The notes: generated from the sequence alone by a model not told the origin. A DNA stretch of 64,000 nucleotides from Psilocybe cubensis (GCA_017499595.2 CM039004.1:1798001-1862000); one strand, 5' to 3'; shown: positions 25,574 to 41,300, numbered from the stretch's first letter. A program made the numbers and translations.

Positions 25574-27150
25574 ATGAGCTCGTAAGTTACAATGAAAGAT
25601 ACCCATTTCCATGCAACATAACCGATCCAAATGTATATTGATAGATCAACGAAAACGAACGCCTCGGAATCTACTTCGGCCACTGTCACAGTAGAAAGCT
25701 CAGTAGAGCATGCAAAACGCGCGTTTGCATTGAAAAAATACGAGCAAGCTATCGATCACTATGCCACTGCCCTTGAACTCGCGTAAGTCGCGTCCATAGG
25801 ACATTTACACAAAACTGTCGCGTTGTAAGGCCAGCGCGTCTCTGACGCGTTTTTTTTTTTGCTTGATACGTTGGCAGTACCAAACAGCTCGGCGAGGACG
25901 CACCTGAAGTCGCAGACCTCTACTTCGCTTACGGAAAAGCTCTTCTGGAGAACGCAATTGCCCAGAGTACTGTGTTAGGGAAGGAACAGCCAGAGGAGGC
26001 AATCGAAGAGCAGAACAAAGGTGCGTGCATGTGGCATTCATCGTCCTTCGGCCTGATGACTCAATTTGTGCCATCTTTTCAGCTTCAGGCTCTGGATCAA
26101 ACAAAAATGGCCCTATTCTATCATTTTCGGGAGATGCGGATGATGCAGGAGATGACGAAGACCACCCTATTGACCTTTTTGGAAAGGCAGCTGCAGGACA
26201 GGATGAAGAAGAAGAAGAAGAAGGAGATGAAGAGGATGATGGAGAGCCTGAAGACGACTTTAATGCTGCATGGGAAGTGCTTGATCTCGCTCGTGCCATC
26301 TATGACAAGCAAAAGAATGATGAAGACGACGATGAAGTAAAGCTCAAGTTGGCCGATACCTACATCGCACTCGGAGATGTATCGCTAGAGACCGGTGCGC
26401 ATCAACTTACTGACTACCCTCATTCAATTTTGTAACATACTATCATTATCTTTTAGAGAAGTTTGACCAGGCAATTTCAGATTATGAGGCCGGTCTCGAA
26501 CTGAAGGTTGCCCTGTTGCCCGGTTCATCTCGCCAGATTGCGGAAGCCCATTATAAACTGAGTATGGTCTTGGATTTGACGTCTGGTCGTTTGTCCGATG
26601 CTATCGCGCACGCCGAAAAGGCGCAACAGAGCGTGGAGGACAGGCTGGTAGAACTTAAGAACGGTTTGGCAGGCACGCTCCCTCCTCTGCCAGAAGAAAC
26701 CCTCGACTCCAAAGGAAAAGGCAAATCTTCGCAAAAACGTCTCATTCGCGATGATTATGTCCAGAAGATGACGACTTCGCATATTGAAAGCGAGATCAAA
26801 GAGTTGTCTGGATTGAGGGATGATTTGGCACTCAAAGTGAGTTTATTTCCATCGTTTCAATTTTTAGCAGAACTGATGTCATCCGTCTTCAGGTGGAAGA
26901 ATTGAAGACTTCGCCGAACGAATCCTTATCGGCTTCTGCTCCTGCTTTGGCGGCGCAACAGTTGGACCGAGAACTCAACGGTACATCATCGTCATCTGCA
27001 CCCATTGTCGTCAATGACTTGAGTTCAATGGTCAAGAAAAAGAAGAAAGCTCCCGTGGAGGATGTCGCTGCTACAAAGCGCAAAGCTGAGAGCGAGCCGG
27101 AGCCACTTAATGTCGATAAAAAGGCTAGGTTAGAAGAACCAAGCTCATGA
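25574..27150 (+). CDS. NASP/Sim3/Hif1-family histone chaperone (SHNi-TPR)
   Basis: 8-nt first coding exon; ADLYFAYGKALLENAI, acidic insert, DDFNAAWEVLDLAR, LGDVSLETEKFDQAI, IAEAHYKL, basic NLS-like VKKKKK. Confidence 0.88.
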
Positions 27151-27280
27151 AGACAACGGATTTCTCTTTGTTTTCCTATCTAGATTTATAGTTTATTAAT
27201 ACCATCTTTTAACTTGTGATATATACCATTGGCGACACAGATTGTGTTGGTGCAACACCCTTAAGGTCGAAGATACATTG

Positions 27281-27304
27281 ACACACACACATATATATAT
27301 ATAT
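27281..27304. repeat. compound (AC)5(AT)7 microsatellite between convergent genes
   Basis: acacacacacatatatatatatat read directly. Confidence 0.8.
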
Positions 27305-27316
27305 GATTTTCGTATA

Positions 27317-28876
27317 CTAGAAGGGCAGCACAGTGGTGCTGATTTTTTTGTGCTTGAACTGCTTTTTGCCTGAGCCAAATTCTCCTACAATGTGTCCGTT
27401 CGAATCCTTGCTCTTCATCATGTACTTGTATATCACTAGACCTTCCAAACCAACGGGTCCACGCGCATGTATTCTTCCCGTGCTGATACCGACTTCGGTT
27501 CCAAAGCCGTATCGAAAACCGTCTGCAAAACGAGTACTAGCATTGATGAAAGTACCAGCAGAGTCTACGGCGCGACAAAACATGGACGCGGCTGTATCAT
27601 TTTCAGTGATAATGGCGTCAGTGTGATGTGAAGAATGAGAATTAATGAACTGGATGGCGGCTTGCAACGAGGAAACAGCAACGACAGATATGACTAGCGA
27701 AAGATGTTCTGTTTCATACGACTCTGGAGTTGAAGCTTCGACATGTGAGTCGAGTTTCGATGGGACGGGAGAGATGGTTTTTAGGGCGTCGAGAGTTGGA
27801 GGGTCGCATAGCAATCTCACGTTGGCATCTAATAGAGCCTTTGCTACTGCTGGCCAGATTGTATGTAGCAGAGATTCGTGAACGACCAAGGTCTCAGCGG
27901 CGTTGCACGCAGAGGGATAATCAATCTAAAATCCAGTTAATGAAGATGTTTAGCGAAAGCTGTAGGGCTTACTTTTGAGTCCACAACCACACGGAGAGCC
28001 TTTTCTAGGTTCGCATGTTCATCCAAATATACAGAACACAGGCCATCCGCGTGTCCCATGACGGGGATGGTCGTGCTGTTTTGTATGCTTCGAACCAGAC
28101 TGTTGCTTCCCCTTGGAATAACCAAATCAATGTATCTATCTTGCTTCAGCAACGACGAGACTTCATCTCGAGTTTGGATAGTTTGAATGTAGTTTTCAGG
28201 GACAGCCGTCTGTGACAGTCCCGCAGAGATGGCTTCGGAAAGAACCAACGTTGTGCGATTGGACTCTTTACCGCCTTTTAGAATCGCAGCATTTCCTGTG
28301 GTAGAGGAAAAAAATAATTCAATAAACAGAGCAGAAAACGAGTTTGTATGGGAGATGTGAAGCGCACCAGACTTGATGGCTAAAGCGGCAATGTTGACTA
28401 CCACCTCTGGTCGGGCCTCAAATATGACCAACAGAACGCCTATCGGACATGAAACCCGATAGAGCTCTAATCCATCATCCAGCTCGGTTGCGTATGTTAC
28501 GATGCCTGTCGGGTCCGCAAGTGCAGCCACGTCGTCAATTCCCTGGAGCATTGACTCCCACTTGTCTCCCCGACGTAGATCGAGACGATTTAGCAATGCC
28601 TCCGACATTCGTCCCGCATCGACTTCGGCACGAGCAGCCTAAAGTAGAAAAGAAAAGAAAATATATGCTTGGTATGGATTGTCCGCAGTGTATTTAGGAT
28701 GTAGAAATAAGAGTATATACCTTGATATCTTCCGCGTTAGCCGTTAAAATGTCATCCTTTCGTAGCTCCAGCTGCTTGCGAATGGCCTGCAACGCTGTGG
28801 CGCGCTCCGAGGCTGTGAGGAGCTGGGATTGCTCAAAAGCAGCTTTTGCGGACTTTGCTATCGTCTCGGAACTCAT
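27317..28876 (-). CDS. PRO2: gamma-glutamyl phosphate reductase
   Basis: PIGVLLVIFEARPEV, NAAILKGGKES, DLVIPRGS, YPSACNAAETL, HTDAI, NASTRFADGFRYGFGTEVGIST, HARGPVGLEGL. Confidence 0.95.
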
Positions 28877-29157
28877 CGCGGGTGAAATTGAAAGAAACTC
28901 GAGGTGTAAGCCAGTAAGGAAGGGTAGTGAAATAAATACCCAAAATTTGGGCACATCCCCTAGACCGGAAAACACACGGATCGAGATAAGATTAAATTGA
29001 CTTTTGAACTTACCCCATCGGTCGCAAAGTCCGAAAGTTACAAAAAAACAGTCGTTACACTTCCGCGAAGCGAGAGAAGAACAAAACTACTTCATTTTGG
29101 GTCTCGTATTAATAAGTAAGTTAAAAACACGAGGTCTAAATACTCGACTCTAAACTT

Positions 29158-31296
<2,139 letters not shown>

Positions 31297-31451
31297 GGAG
31301 GAGGAGGTGAAAATGAGAAGTGGGTATGAGAGACTCAGCAGGGAAGTTTTCGGTCACTTCAGCTCAAACTCGGCGCTAGTCGGAACATTCAGGCGGAGCT
31401 TAAATATACTTTTTCCAGGCTTTCGCGTTACAGCAGTTTACCATCAGACCA

Positions 31452-31971
31452 ATGGCGTCTCTACTTAGGTGGTGTATGTGTTCTTTTCCCTCCTGCCTCG
31501 TCGCCGCTCACTGTTTATCCAGGCTCTCCACTGCGCCTGCCGTTGTCGAGGTCTCTCCACACAGCTGCCGTGCCAGACAATACAACCACTGCTCTTCAAC
31601 TCATCCGTTCTCAGCCCTCGCAGTATGTCGTCGCCTCCTTCGCTGGAAGGAAATACATCCTCACCCCACGCGACATGCTCACCGTCCCCCATCTGCGCGA
31701 TGTAAAAGTCGGCGACGTCCTCGTTCTCGATGAGATTCATGAACTCGGCTCGCGCGAATATACCCTCCGTGGGAATCCTGTCATCCCAGCAAACAAAGTC
31801 AAGGTCGAGGCTACCGTCGTCGAGCATACAAAAGGCCAGATGGAATTCATCTTCAAGAAAAAGAGGAGAAAGGGCTATCGAAAAACTATACAACATAAAC
31901 AGGCCTACACGCGCCTCAGAATAGGCAGCATTGAGATTCCCTCTGTGCAAGCTTCACCGTCATCATCATAG
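31452..31971 (+). CDS. MRPL49: mitochondrial ribosomal protein bL21m
   Basis: Presequence MASLLRWCSPLRLPLSRSLH after one intron; ATVVEHTKG, FKKKRRKGYRKTIQHKQAYTRLRI. Confidence 0.85.
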
Positions 31972-32016
31972 TATTTTCTCTCATGTAATACCAGCGTTAT
32001 AATGTCATAGGATACT

Positions 32017-35000
32017 TTATATCTCCCCTTCTTCTGGTGTCTCTGCACGAACCGAATCCTGCCTTTTCTCAATTTCCACTTCTTCACCACGGTCGAGGCG
32101 AGGTCGCTGCAAAAAGAAAAACAAAGTCTTACAATATTCGGTGACAAAAAGGAAACTCATTCAACTTACCTTGTCAGCACGATCGTTCTTGTCCTCTGGT
32201 AAGTCGCGTTTCTGGCTATCGTCTTTGTAAACCGAGTCGCTTCTCTCCCGCTTTGGAGTCTGGTCCCAGTCTCGGCCAACGCTGGAACCACGTTCAGCAC
32301 GCGACCTTGACTCCTTGCTGTCCTTATCCTTCTTGCGGTCATCCCCATCACGATGGTATTTCGATATCTTGTATCCATCACGTTCCTTGTCCCGTTCACT
32401 TTCTTTTTCTCTGTCACCCCGCCCATAATCTCGGGAACGACGATCATCATAATCATCGTACCTATGATGATGACGAGAGCTCCTGCTGCGATCATAGTCC
32501 TTCGCCCGGTCGCGCTCCTTTTCTCTGTCACGGTGCGAGTCTCTGTCGCGTTTGTCTCTATCACCTCCGCGTTCACGTTCACGCTCTTTCTCTCTTTCGC
32601 GGTCCCTGTCTTTGTCCCTATGGTCGTCATCACGGTCGCGCAGGGGTTCCTTGCGTTTTCTGCTGGTGGTCGAGCCTCCATCGTCCGATCCCGTCTCCCG
32701 CATTCTTTCCTGGACAATGAATGAGAAATGGTTATTCACAAGCAATGCATGCCTACCTTTTGCCTTTTGACGTATTTGGCGAATGCGGCCCGTCTGCCTT
32801 CTTCGTCTTCCAAAGCTTTGTATTCGGGAAGATTTTCAATGAGTGGGACGATCTGATTCAAACTTATGAGAATAATCAACACTAGTGTCAGAAAGAGACA
32901 AGCTCACATCCTCGTATTTTAGGCTGATATCGAGAGGTTCGGGGAGCTTCTTCATGGCGTAACGTAAATCATCTTGCAGATGACGCTGCCTGCGTTCATA
33001 TCTCCTTTTCTCATCCGCCTGTTTCTTAAGTGCGACGTCGTGGAGCTAAGAAAAATTCCAGTCATTCCAATGAAACAAATATACCTCAAAAAACCTACCG
33101 TTTTGTACACCAGACGAAGCTCTTCGTCCGATAAAGCATTTAATGATGCATCAGCCTCTCCGTTGATAATAAGAGAGAACTGTCCCCAAGTAGTTTCGGG
33201 TGTGACAACAAATGGCTTATCGTCAACGTCCATGTTGTCATTTCCTCGCTCTGTGCCCTCGGCAAGCTTCGCGTTGTGTCGCCTAATGGCTTCCTCGACA
33301 ATGACGACCTTAGTGTCAAGCTGTTGATCCAACACATCGACTGCATCCCAGAAGAGTTCCAGCGGGTTGGAACCCGGGTTTCCGAGCATATCGAGGTAGC
33401 GATTATCATCGCGGAAGAGAGGATAAACTTCTTTCCACTTGGTGCGAGCCTTCAGAGCACCAGATTCGATGAGCTCATGCAAAAGGCTCTGTCCAGAACT
33501 GTGAGTGGTGTATTGCTTCAAATTAATTTATACACACCTTGAACGCCTCTCGGGCTTTGCGCTCTCGTCGTGTCTTCTCTACCTGTGCGCGTCTCGTCTG
33601 TTCCTCATACTCCCTCTCACGCACTCTGCTGTAGTCTTCAAATGCAAGCAAAATATCGAGAGTAGGTAACTTGCGCAATTCCGCATCCGAATGCCATTCC
33701 TCTGAACGAACAAGAAGTTCGTGGGCATCCCTCCATTTCGTTACAACGTCAACATTGAGGTCTTTGAAGAGAGCTACAACTTTGGATATACTTCTGGCGC
33801 GAGCAGCACGGGTTTCACTCTAAGGTTTATTAGGCATAATGCTTTTTAATCATTTAATATATCACATACCACTTCTCTTTCTCTGAGTTCATTAACGTAC
33901 TCCTCGAAAATGAGTCGGCGCTCAGATTCAATCTTAGCTTGTTGCCAAATAGGGTGCTGAGAGAAAAGTTTGTCTGCAGTGGGAAACGTGGTATAATGGA
34001 ACACATTGGGGTTCCCTTTCAGCATATTTCGGATAGCAGGACGAAGCTTCGATAGCCTGGCCTCCCTTTCCTCTTGTTCCTTCACTTTCAGCCCGTTGGT
34101 ATACTAAATATGAAAGAGTAAAATTTAGCCAATATACCGACATAAATCAAACACGGAAACGAACCTTCTCCCAACAGGCTTTCTTTTCGGCAAGAGTATT
34201 GAGAGCTTTATACAACGGATCAGTGATAATGGCACGCATCGTCTGGTCCCAAGTCCAATTTGCATCCACTCCTGCTTTCCTCAACAAATGTATAAAAGCT
34301 TTTTCTCCTTCTTCCACTGTCAGGAACCCGTTATGCGGGATGACAGGATCGTCTGGTAAATTTGGTCGGACGGGCAGGACACTGCTGGGCGCCAAAGGGA
34401 GCGCGCCAGTGTGCGCTCCGACAGTAAGAGATCCATTCGTCTGGCTAGATTGAGAAGCAGGGGTGGATGAGGACGGATCGGCACCACCCATTGGGACTAA
34501 TCCACCTTGTGCTGCTCCTGTCACTGGAGTAAAACCCGGTGCTGCCACCGCAAGAGGCTTTCTGTAGAAGAAAAATGAGTTTGGCAAGATAAAGACTATT
34601 CTTCCGATGATGGCTTACGCTACTGCTGCTGTCTGAGGTTCCTTTTCCACCTTTTCAAGGACTAGAAGAAGTTCATCGGGCATATCCCATTTGGATTCCT
34701 TCGTCTCGGTCTAACATAGTTGTGTCAGTGTGTCCATTGGCTAAAATAATGGAAAGGACCCACATTATAGTAATATTTGCGACCACCGGAGAAATATTCT
34801 TTCCATTTTGTACTACTGAGGGCTCGCTATGACGAAACAGGTAAGTTTAGCGAAAGGTCGGCTATGCACAGAGAAAATACCTCGAAGGGTGTTTTGAGGT
34901 CTAGCTTCTTGCCTCAGCACGGTAATACCTAGTTGATCAATAGATACACACACCATCGGGTTTCTCCCAGACGCTTTGTCGTGTCCCAGTATTGAACCAA

Positions 35001-35099
35001 TATGTGCGTCCCTCTGGATTTCGATGTTCAGTCTAACAAGATGAAAGTAAGTTTCAAGGTCGAGTACTGAATAGCATGAGAACATACCCAAACATTCAT
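32017..35099 (-). CDS. PRP40: U1 snRNP WW/FF-domain splicing factor Prp40
   Basis: WW domains ([15 protein letters not shown]...[18 protein letters not shown]...WDMP), FF repeats ([16 protein letters not shown]), RD/RE-rich tail ending PEEGEI*. Confidence 0.92.
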
Positions 35100-35577
35100 A
35101 GCGAATTATTTACCGTTCCAATAGCTTTATGCGTATCGGGGGAAAGTTAGAGGAGGGTTTGCTGTGTTGGAATACTAACTTGTGTGTAACAGTACCTTCC
35201 ACAAATGTGGCGAGAATGTTAAACGCTCACGTCCAAGTCATTTCAGACTCCGATTTGTTAGGAAGCCAAGCTTATACGCGCAAACGCCGATTCACTGAGT
35301 CGAGTTTCTATCACACACTTTCCTTCTATTCCTTCCACGGTTTACCTCATTCTCTGCGTGGATCGTCCACACAATGCTCCTTTTTCGTGGACATGTTTTG
35401 TTTACATAATCTTGTCTACTTCATAAAACATGAACCTGTGATCATTACCTGAAGCTAATTCTGGACTTCTGTCAATGTAACTTCAAGAAATCCTTCTACA
35501 CCGGGACCATGTACACGGCGCAACCTAATGCAGGGTTCGAGTTCCCTGCGCCGCATCTTTTCTCTCTTTACTCGACT

Positions 35578-36451
35578 ATGATCTTTCTATCTAACGAATT
35601 ATTCATTTACATTTTTTCTCATCTGCCCTATTCTTCGCTGTTGCGAGCATCAGCAACTTGTCGTGACTGGAGAGCAATTATTTTCGGCGACCTTAGTCTC
35701 AGTAGGAAGATTTACAAAAAGGCAACAGATCCAGAGGAAACAACGAGTTCTGATATGTCTTCAGTATTCCATCCTCGGGTCAGTTCGATATTCTTCCTCA
35801 GAATCTCCGTGATTCAAACGATTGCATGGCCACTAGTTTCACCCTGTCATCTCCAGATTAACTTATTGTATCGGAGGTGTTCTCGATAACGTGGAGCTCG
35901 TATCAAATGGTTCTGGTGTCCGCCTCGTTGACCTGGAAGTATCCCAAGATTTTGCATGCATCCCTACGATGACTGTTATTCATGGATCCATCTCACCCAA
36001 TCCGAAAAGGAGAGATACCTTGCCTTGGTCTTGGACAATGACTTTCACAGCTACTAACCCAGATGGAGTACGCATTGTGGACATATTTTCTGCGATTGTA
36101 GTCGCGTACGCATGTAGGAAACTGGTGTAGTCTACTCTTGACTGATATAACTGTTGCAGCTCTGCAAAAAAGTACGACATGCTGTCGCTCCTCTCCAATG
36201 GAATTATGTCGCAACGCCTACACTCGTATCAGGCCCCTGCCTTGTTCACCAAAGCAGAAATCTTAGGAGAGTCAAAGTAACTACTCATTCCTTCTTAGAG
36301 GTATCCAGTTGTATTGACTTTATATTTAAATGGCATTAGATACTTTGCAGGTTTCTCAAATATCACTGGAAGTGCAGGGTCAGCCTCTGTTGTTGTTGAA
36401 ACAGAAACCTCAGCTGCGTCAGCTCTTGCACTGCGCAAAATCGACTTCTAA
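35578..36451 (+). CDS. small F-box protein with uncharacterised C-terminal domain
   Basis: F-box LSNELFIYIFSHLPYSSLLRASATCRDWRAII; three GT-AG introns give a continuous frame to TAA 36449-36451. Alternative ATG at 35509. Confidence 0.7.
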
Positions 36452-36715
36452 ACAAGGGCCTCTGCTTAGTTTACGCTGTTTTTGCGTGTCATTGTTAACC
36501 TCGCCGGAGTGATTCGGTGGATGAAATTATTAATTCGATTTGTCTGGAGCCAAGCTTTGGTGACTGGAAGATTATTACGTAATGTAAATACCCGAAATCC
36601 AATTTCGATTGGTTAAACGCGTCTTTAAGAAGCCTGGAGCGATACCACCACCAAGTCTACCACAACCAATAACCACCTTTTGCCACTATCCCACAATCTA
36701 TAATCTCTGCCTATC

Positions 36716-38131
36716 ATGCCCCACTTCGATCCGGAGGATGAATTCCTCAGTACAAACTCTCATTTTTTGGCTCCTTCTGCGGCTTCCACTTCAAGGAAAT
36801 CGCCCTCGCGACAACCTCTTAGCTCTCGCCGTTCCGCCGCTTCTCTTCGAGGACCTTCGAGCCTAGCACATGTAATCGACGATGATTCGACTAATGGCAG
36901 GCATCATTCACTCGCGCACGAGCTCGCTGTGGCATTGATGCCTGAGCCCAGTGCAGGCTCCAAACTGTTGGCGGAGGAGTTCGGCATTGAATTCGACGAA
37001 GGGGCAGAGGGGATCGACGAAGTGACCGCCCATCACGATCAGCTCAATGGGATGGCAATTGAAGTGACAGACGTCGGTATCCCCACATTTGCGTCGGAAC
37101 TAGCATCATCGGCGGCGAGCGACGCGTCTCTACATGATTTCCCGGCAGAAGAGGACGAACCGCCGAATGGCCATGAAATTGATCCTGTCTTTAATAGTCC
37201 TCCCGTTTCGAGGAAGGCTCCAGTCAATAAGAAGCCAGAGCAGGATGCCATGGAGGTCCTGGCTCAGGACCTTGACTCAACAGATAAATTTCTGAGTCAC
37301 CTACGGTCAATCGACGTTGATCCAGGTACTTCCGCATCACATCCGACATTAGAGAAACTGGCATCCGATGTCATTCGGCGGATTAATGTATCGGTTAGAG
37401 ACAGAGAAGGCCACGTTCGCGAGCTATTGGAATATGAAAGGGAGTTTAAGAAGATTGCAGGCGAAGTCGGAGGAAGCGACATCCTTGGTCAATTGGACGA
37501 ATTGACCCATGTAGAAGATCTTTTGGAAAGTACTTTCAGACCAGAGCCTATAAGGTCAGACAGCAGGCACTTAGATACTGTCGAAGAAGAACCACGTTCA
37601 CCGACAACACACCACACCATTGCATCCGACTGGGAGCTCGATCCCGATGTTCACCATCTTGGCGACGAGGACGGGATCTCGGAACCCGCTACTTCACCAA
37701 TAAAAGACTCCTTCCATAACGCCCCTTCAATCAACGGACCTCCTACACCGGCGACTACGGTAGCCCAACTCACACATCTGCGCTCTTTCACAACCTCTCT
37801 GGTATCTTCGTTGACAACTATATCTGAACAAGCGCAAGTTAATGGCGCCGCAACAACCGAAGCTGGTAGGAAGATTCGCGCCCTAAAGAACAAACTTGGA
37901 GGGTGGCGAACGGAATGGGATAGTGCTGAACGAAGCCGCTTGAAAATAGAAAGATGGGAGGCAGGTATCATCGATGGTGAAGGCGCCGAGGAAAGCGTTA
38001 TCCCTAACTCGCCTAGTGGACTGGTTACAAAGCGCGTGGACGGTAGAAAAATTGTAGAGGAACATCTACGCGCCTTTGAACTCGCTCTGGCGGAGGCGGC
38101 ACTGAAGACCCAGGCAATCATGGCCAGATAA
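36716..38131 (+). CDS. uncharacterised intronless acidic/coiled-coil protein (471 aa)
   Basis: Long single ORF with ATG and helical segments (RDREGHVRELLEYEREFKK; AGRKIRALKNKLGGW); no family recognised. Confidence 0.8.
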   Translation: MPHFDPEDEFLSTNSHFLAPSAASTSRKSPSRQPLSSRRSAASLRGPSSLAHVIDDDSTNGRHHSLAHELAVALMPEPSAGSKLLAEEFGIEFDEGAEGIDEVTAHHDQLNGMAIEVTDVGIPTFASELASSAASDASLHDFPAEEDEPPNGHEIDPVFNSPPVSRKAPVNKKPEQDAMEVLAQDLDSTDKFLSHLRSIDVDPGTSASHPTLEKLASDVIRRINVSVRDREGHVRELLEYEREFKKIAGEVGGSDILGQLDELTHVEDLLESTFRPEPIRSDSRHLDTVEEEPRSPTTHHTIASDWELDPDVHHLGDEDGISEPATSPIKDSFHNAPSINGPPTPATTVAQLTHLRSFTTSLVSSLTTISEQAQVNGAATTEAGRKIRALKNKLGGWRTEWDSAERSRLKIERWEAGIIDGEGAEESVIPNSPSGLVTKRVDGRKIVEEHLRAFELALAEAALKTQAIMAR

Positions 38132-38327
38132 ACATTCACATTACATCGTCATCTACTTCTATATTCCCTTCTCAACTCTTCAGCTCTGCATATCTTTCTT
38201 TCTATAACATATTCATTAACCCGCCATACTGTACAACCTCTACACACATACATAGGAACAAAATGTTGTCCCATTAGATATGAATCCTACTCAATACCCT
38301 CTATCCATAACCTGCTACACTGTCTGC

Positions 38328-41300
38328 CTATCCTTTGTATTTGAACCTAAAATATAATTTCTAGAATTGACAAATATGTGTATATCAAATGAATCTTACC
38401 AATTTGTCCTAGGGAAGCAATTAATACAGAATGAAGGGAAAAAACGAAAGCAGAAAACGAACCTCGCATCCACAGCTTGTTTCCGAACTGCGCGTTTAGG
38501 GTCGTCCAGAACTTTAGCAAGCTCCCGCAGTACAGTAGCCTTGTGTGGGTGGAGAATATCATACCGCACAATGCTAGGCAAAACTGCCAAATAACGCAGT
38601 GCAGAAATGCGAACTTGCTATGGAGTTTAAGATAGAAAGGTCAGCATATTAGTTAGCGAGAGAATAACGAGTACTGACGGTAGATGATACATCGTTGGAC
38701 ACACAGTTTTTAAGCATAGCGTTTACCAACGTCACCCCGTGCTCGGCGACGAGACTCTTTTCAGGTGTTTCACCTTCAGCTGCTGCAAGAAAAGTGTCAA
38801 TGATATTGCTTCGGATCTCTGCATCGGGCAAGTCAAGTCCGCGTAATAATAGGGGTATGAGCTATAATTGATCATTGTTAGCATAAACATATGAAAAACG
38901 GTAGTAAAAACTGTGCCATACTAGAGGCATTTCATGAACGTATGCAGCTCTTGGAGTTGACTTGATCAATGATGTTAGAGCCACGAGAGCGGCGGTTTGT
39001 TTTGTTGGATCTGCGATGCTAGATCAGAGCTGCCTCGATAGATAAAAAAATTGAAAACCGACTCGTTGAATCCTTGGAAAAAAGGATAATTCTTGGAAGG
39101 ACAACACCGAGGTATTTTTGCACATAGAGAATCTGCCATTACGAAGTTTAAGGCATATTGCAAAAATACAAATAAAATCTTACTGTATTGCTCACCTTTA
39201 CTTCTGCGTGGTTGGCCTTGGTCAGAACAGTGTCTGGAGAAGGGATTTGCCCTATAGCCTTGGCAGCATCCCATCCGATAGCCTCATCGTCGAATGCATC
39301 ATATAGTTGTTCTGTCAGTTTCATTGCAAGAGGATGTTTCCGAACGAGTAACGCTTTTGTTATCTAGTAGCAGATGAGTAACTGTTTTCGCAAAAAATTC
39401 ATAGACAGTCTTGCCCATATCCATGTCTTGATTGCCCATCTGCGCCGCGGTAACGGCGAAGCATCGTTAACTATCTCTGTATTCCAATACACATCGAGCT
39501 TTGTGTTCAAGAAAACGGACAAGTCTGAGTGAATTAGTCAATGATGTGAGAACCAAAATTTAATTACACCCTTCCTTTCTTACCTTCAACCTGGCGATTT
39601 AGTATCGAAGAAACTATATGCAAGGCTGCAAGTTTTTGAATATCGTTGTCAGCGATATCCAAAACCCAGCGGAGTAACATCTCCAAAAAGCCGCTAACGT
39701 CTCTTAGAGATAGCCTGGCCTAAAGAATATTTACATATAATGGTGATGATGTACAAATAATTGATACCGTACCTCTTTGTGTAATGATATGACGGCAGCC
39801 GACAGCAACGCAAGTATATTACGTTTTGCAGACGTTGTAGAGGCCTAACACAGGTCAGAACAGATTCCTTTTCGTCAGAAAAAAATGTGTGGTACATCGA
39901 ATATTGAGAAGCGCTCGCTTTTTGCCGCTTTTTGGAAACCTTCAGCAATAGTAGACACATTCCCGTCAATGATAGCTTTCGACAATTCAACCGAGTAAAA
40001 ACGTTGCTTCCTATTTTTTAAAAAATCAACATTCGAACAGGAGGTCATAAACATAACTTCCGAAATGACTCACTCAGATGGAACGGACTGTACGACAAAA
40101 TTGATGATTTCTGCCGCAACTTGTACAAGACGCGGTTCTTTTGCCACAATCATTTGTTCCTCAGATAAAAATGCTGAAGACACAAAGACATTGAAAATTA
40201 TTGGGACCAGGCGATCGAGATATTTTGCGATATCGGGATGCTTGCCCTTCACTTTAGTAGACAAGGCTTGAGCCAATGCTTTCAATATCATATGAGCATA
40301 AGCAGCCGTGGGTTCCGGGTCTGCCGAAACCGAAAGCATTTGTTCAGAGGAGGGAAAACACAGTAGGTCAAGTTTGGTGGTCAAGCGGATGACCAATTGT
40401 TCAAATAATTCCGTCTGAATACAGAGCTTTGAAAGGGTGGTTAGCGTCTGCCAACATTTTTCGCGCCCAGTTGCGTCATCTCGCGCAGGTGCTGTATCAG
40501 GAAGGGAGCTGGAGAGAAGCGGAAGAGTCTGTTCAACGACATGACGTGGTGCTATGTCGCTAATGATGGTTAATACCTCCAATATAGCTTCACTGTAAAA
40601 ATGAATTTAGTTTGACCGGCTGTGTGACACATAACCTGACTTACATTGATTCGTAGAGCTCCTCTCCGTCAGCTTGAATTATTTCATTCACGTTATGCAC
40701 GATAAAGCCTAGTTCCTCGTCCGAAAGTAGCCTTTTGGTGGTAGCCATAACTTTGAGACCCGACAAAGCTGCGTTGCGCGTTGTGATTAATTTCAATCCT
40801 ACGATGAAAACACCTAGCACTTCATCTTTATAAGGAAGCAATGGAGGATCAGCATCTTCCAACGATGATTTCTTTGTTGAGTCACGCGCGGCAGCAATTA
40901 AATCGGACAGCAGCAGAAGTGTGGGTTCACGAGTGGACGCCTCATCCGGAGTGAGAAAAAGTCGAACGAGGTGAGGCACCGCTTGCGATATCGTATATCT
41001 AGCAACAGACGCTTTAAACAAGTTTGAGTGGGCCAACGCTGGATATCCTTCGTGGAATCTTACGTGTCGTCGTCATAAAAGTGCAAAGAATTTTTATCGC
41101 AGGTTTGGCCTGAGTTTTTTCAGGCTCCTTCAAAATATGCACACACTCCTCGCATGCATCCCTGGCAAGACCTTGAATATCTTCATCATGCTCTAAAGCC
41201 TCCTCTTCATCCATGTAGATAGTTTTGACAAGTATCTGTGTTGTCTTTAGTGCTTCTTGCTCTGTCTCAGGATCTACAGGTTGGAAAATCTATGGCCGGG

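Noticed and set aside
27257-27267. ACCCTTAAGGT matching the Zap1 zinc-response consensus
   Set aside because: Lies between two convergent 3' ends, 24 kb from the ZIP transporter; most likely chance.
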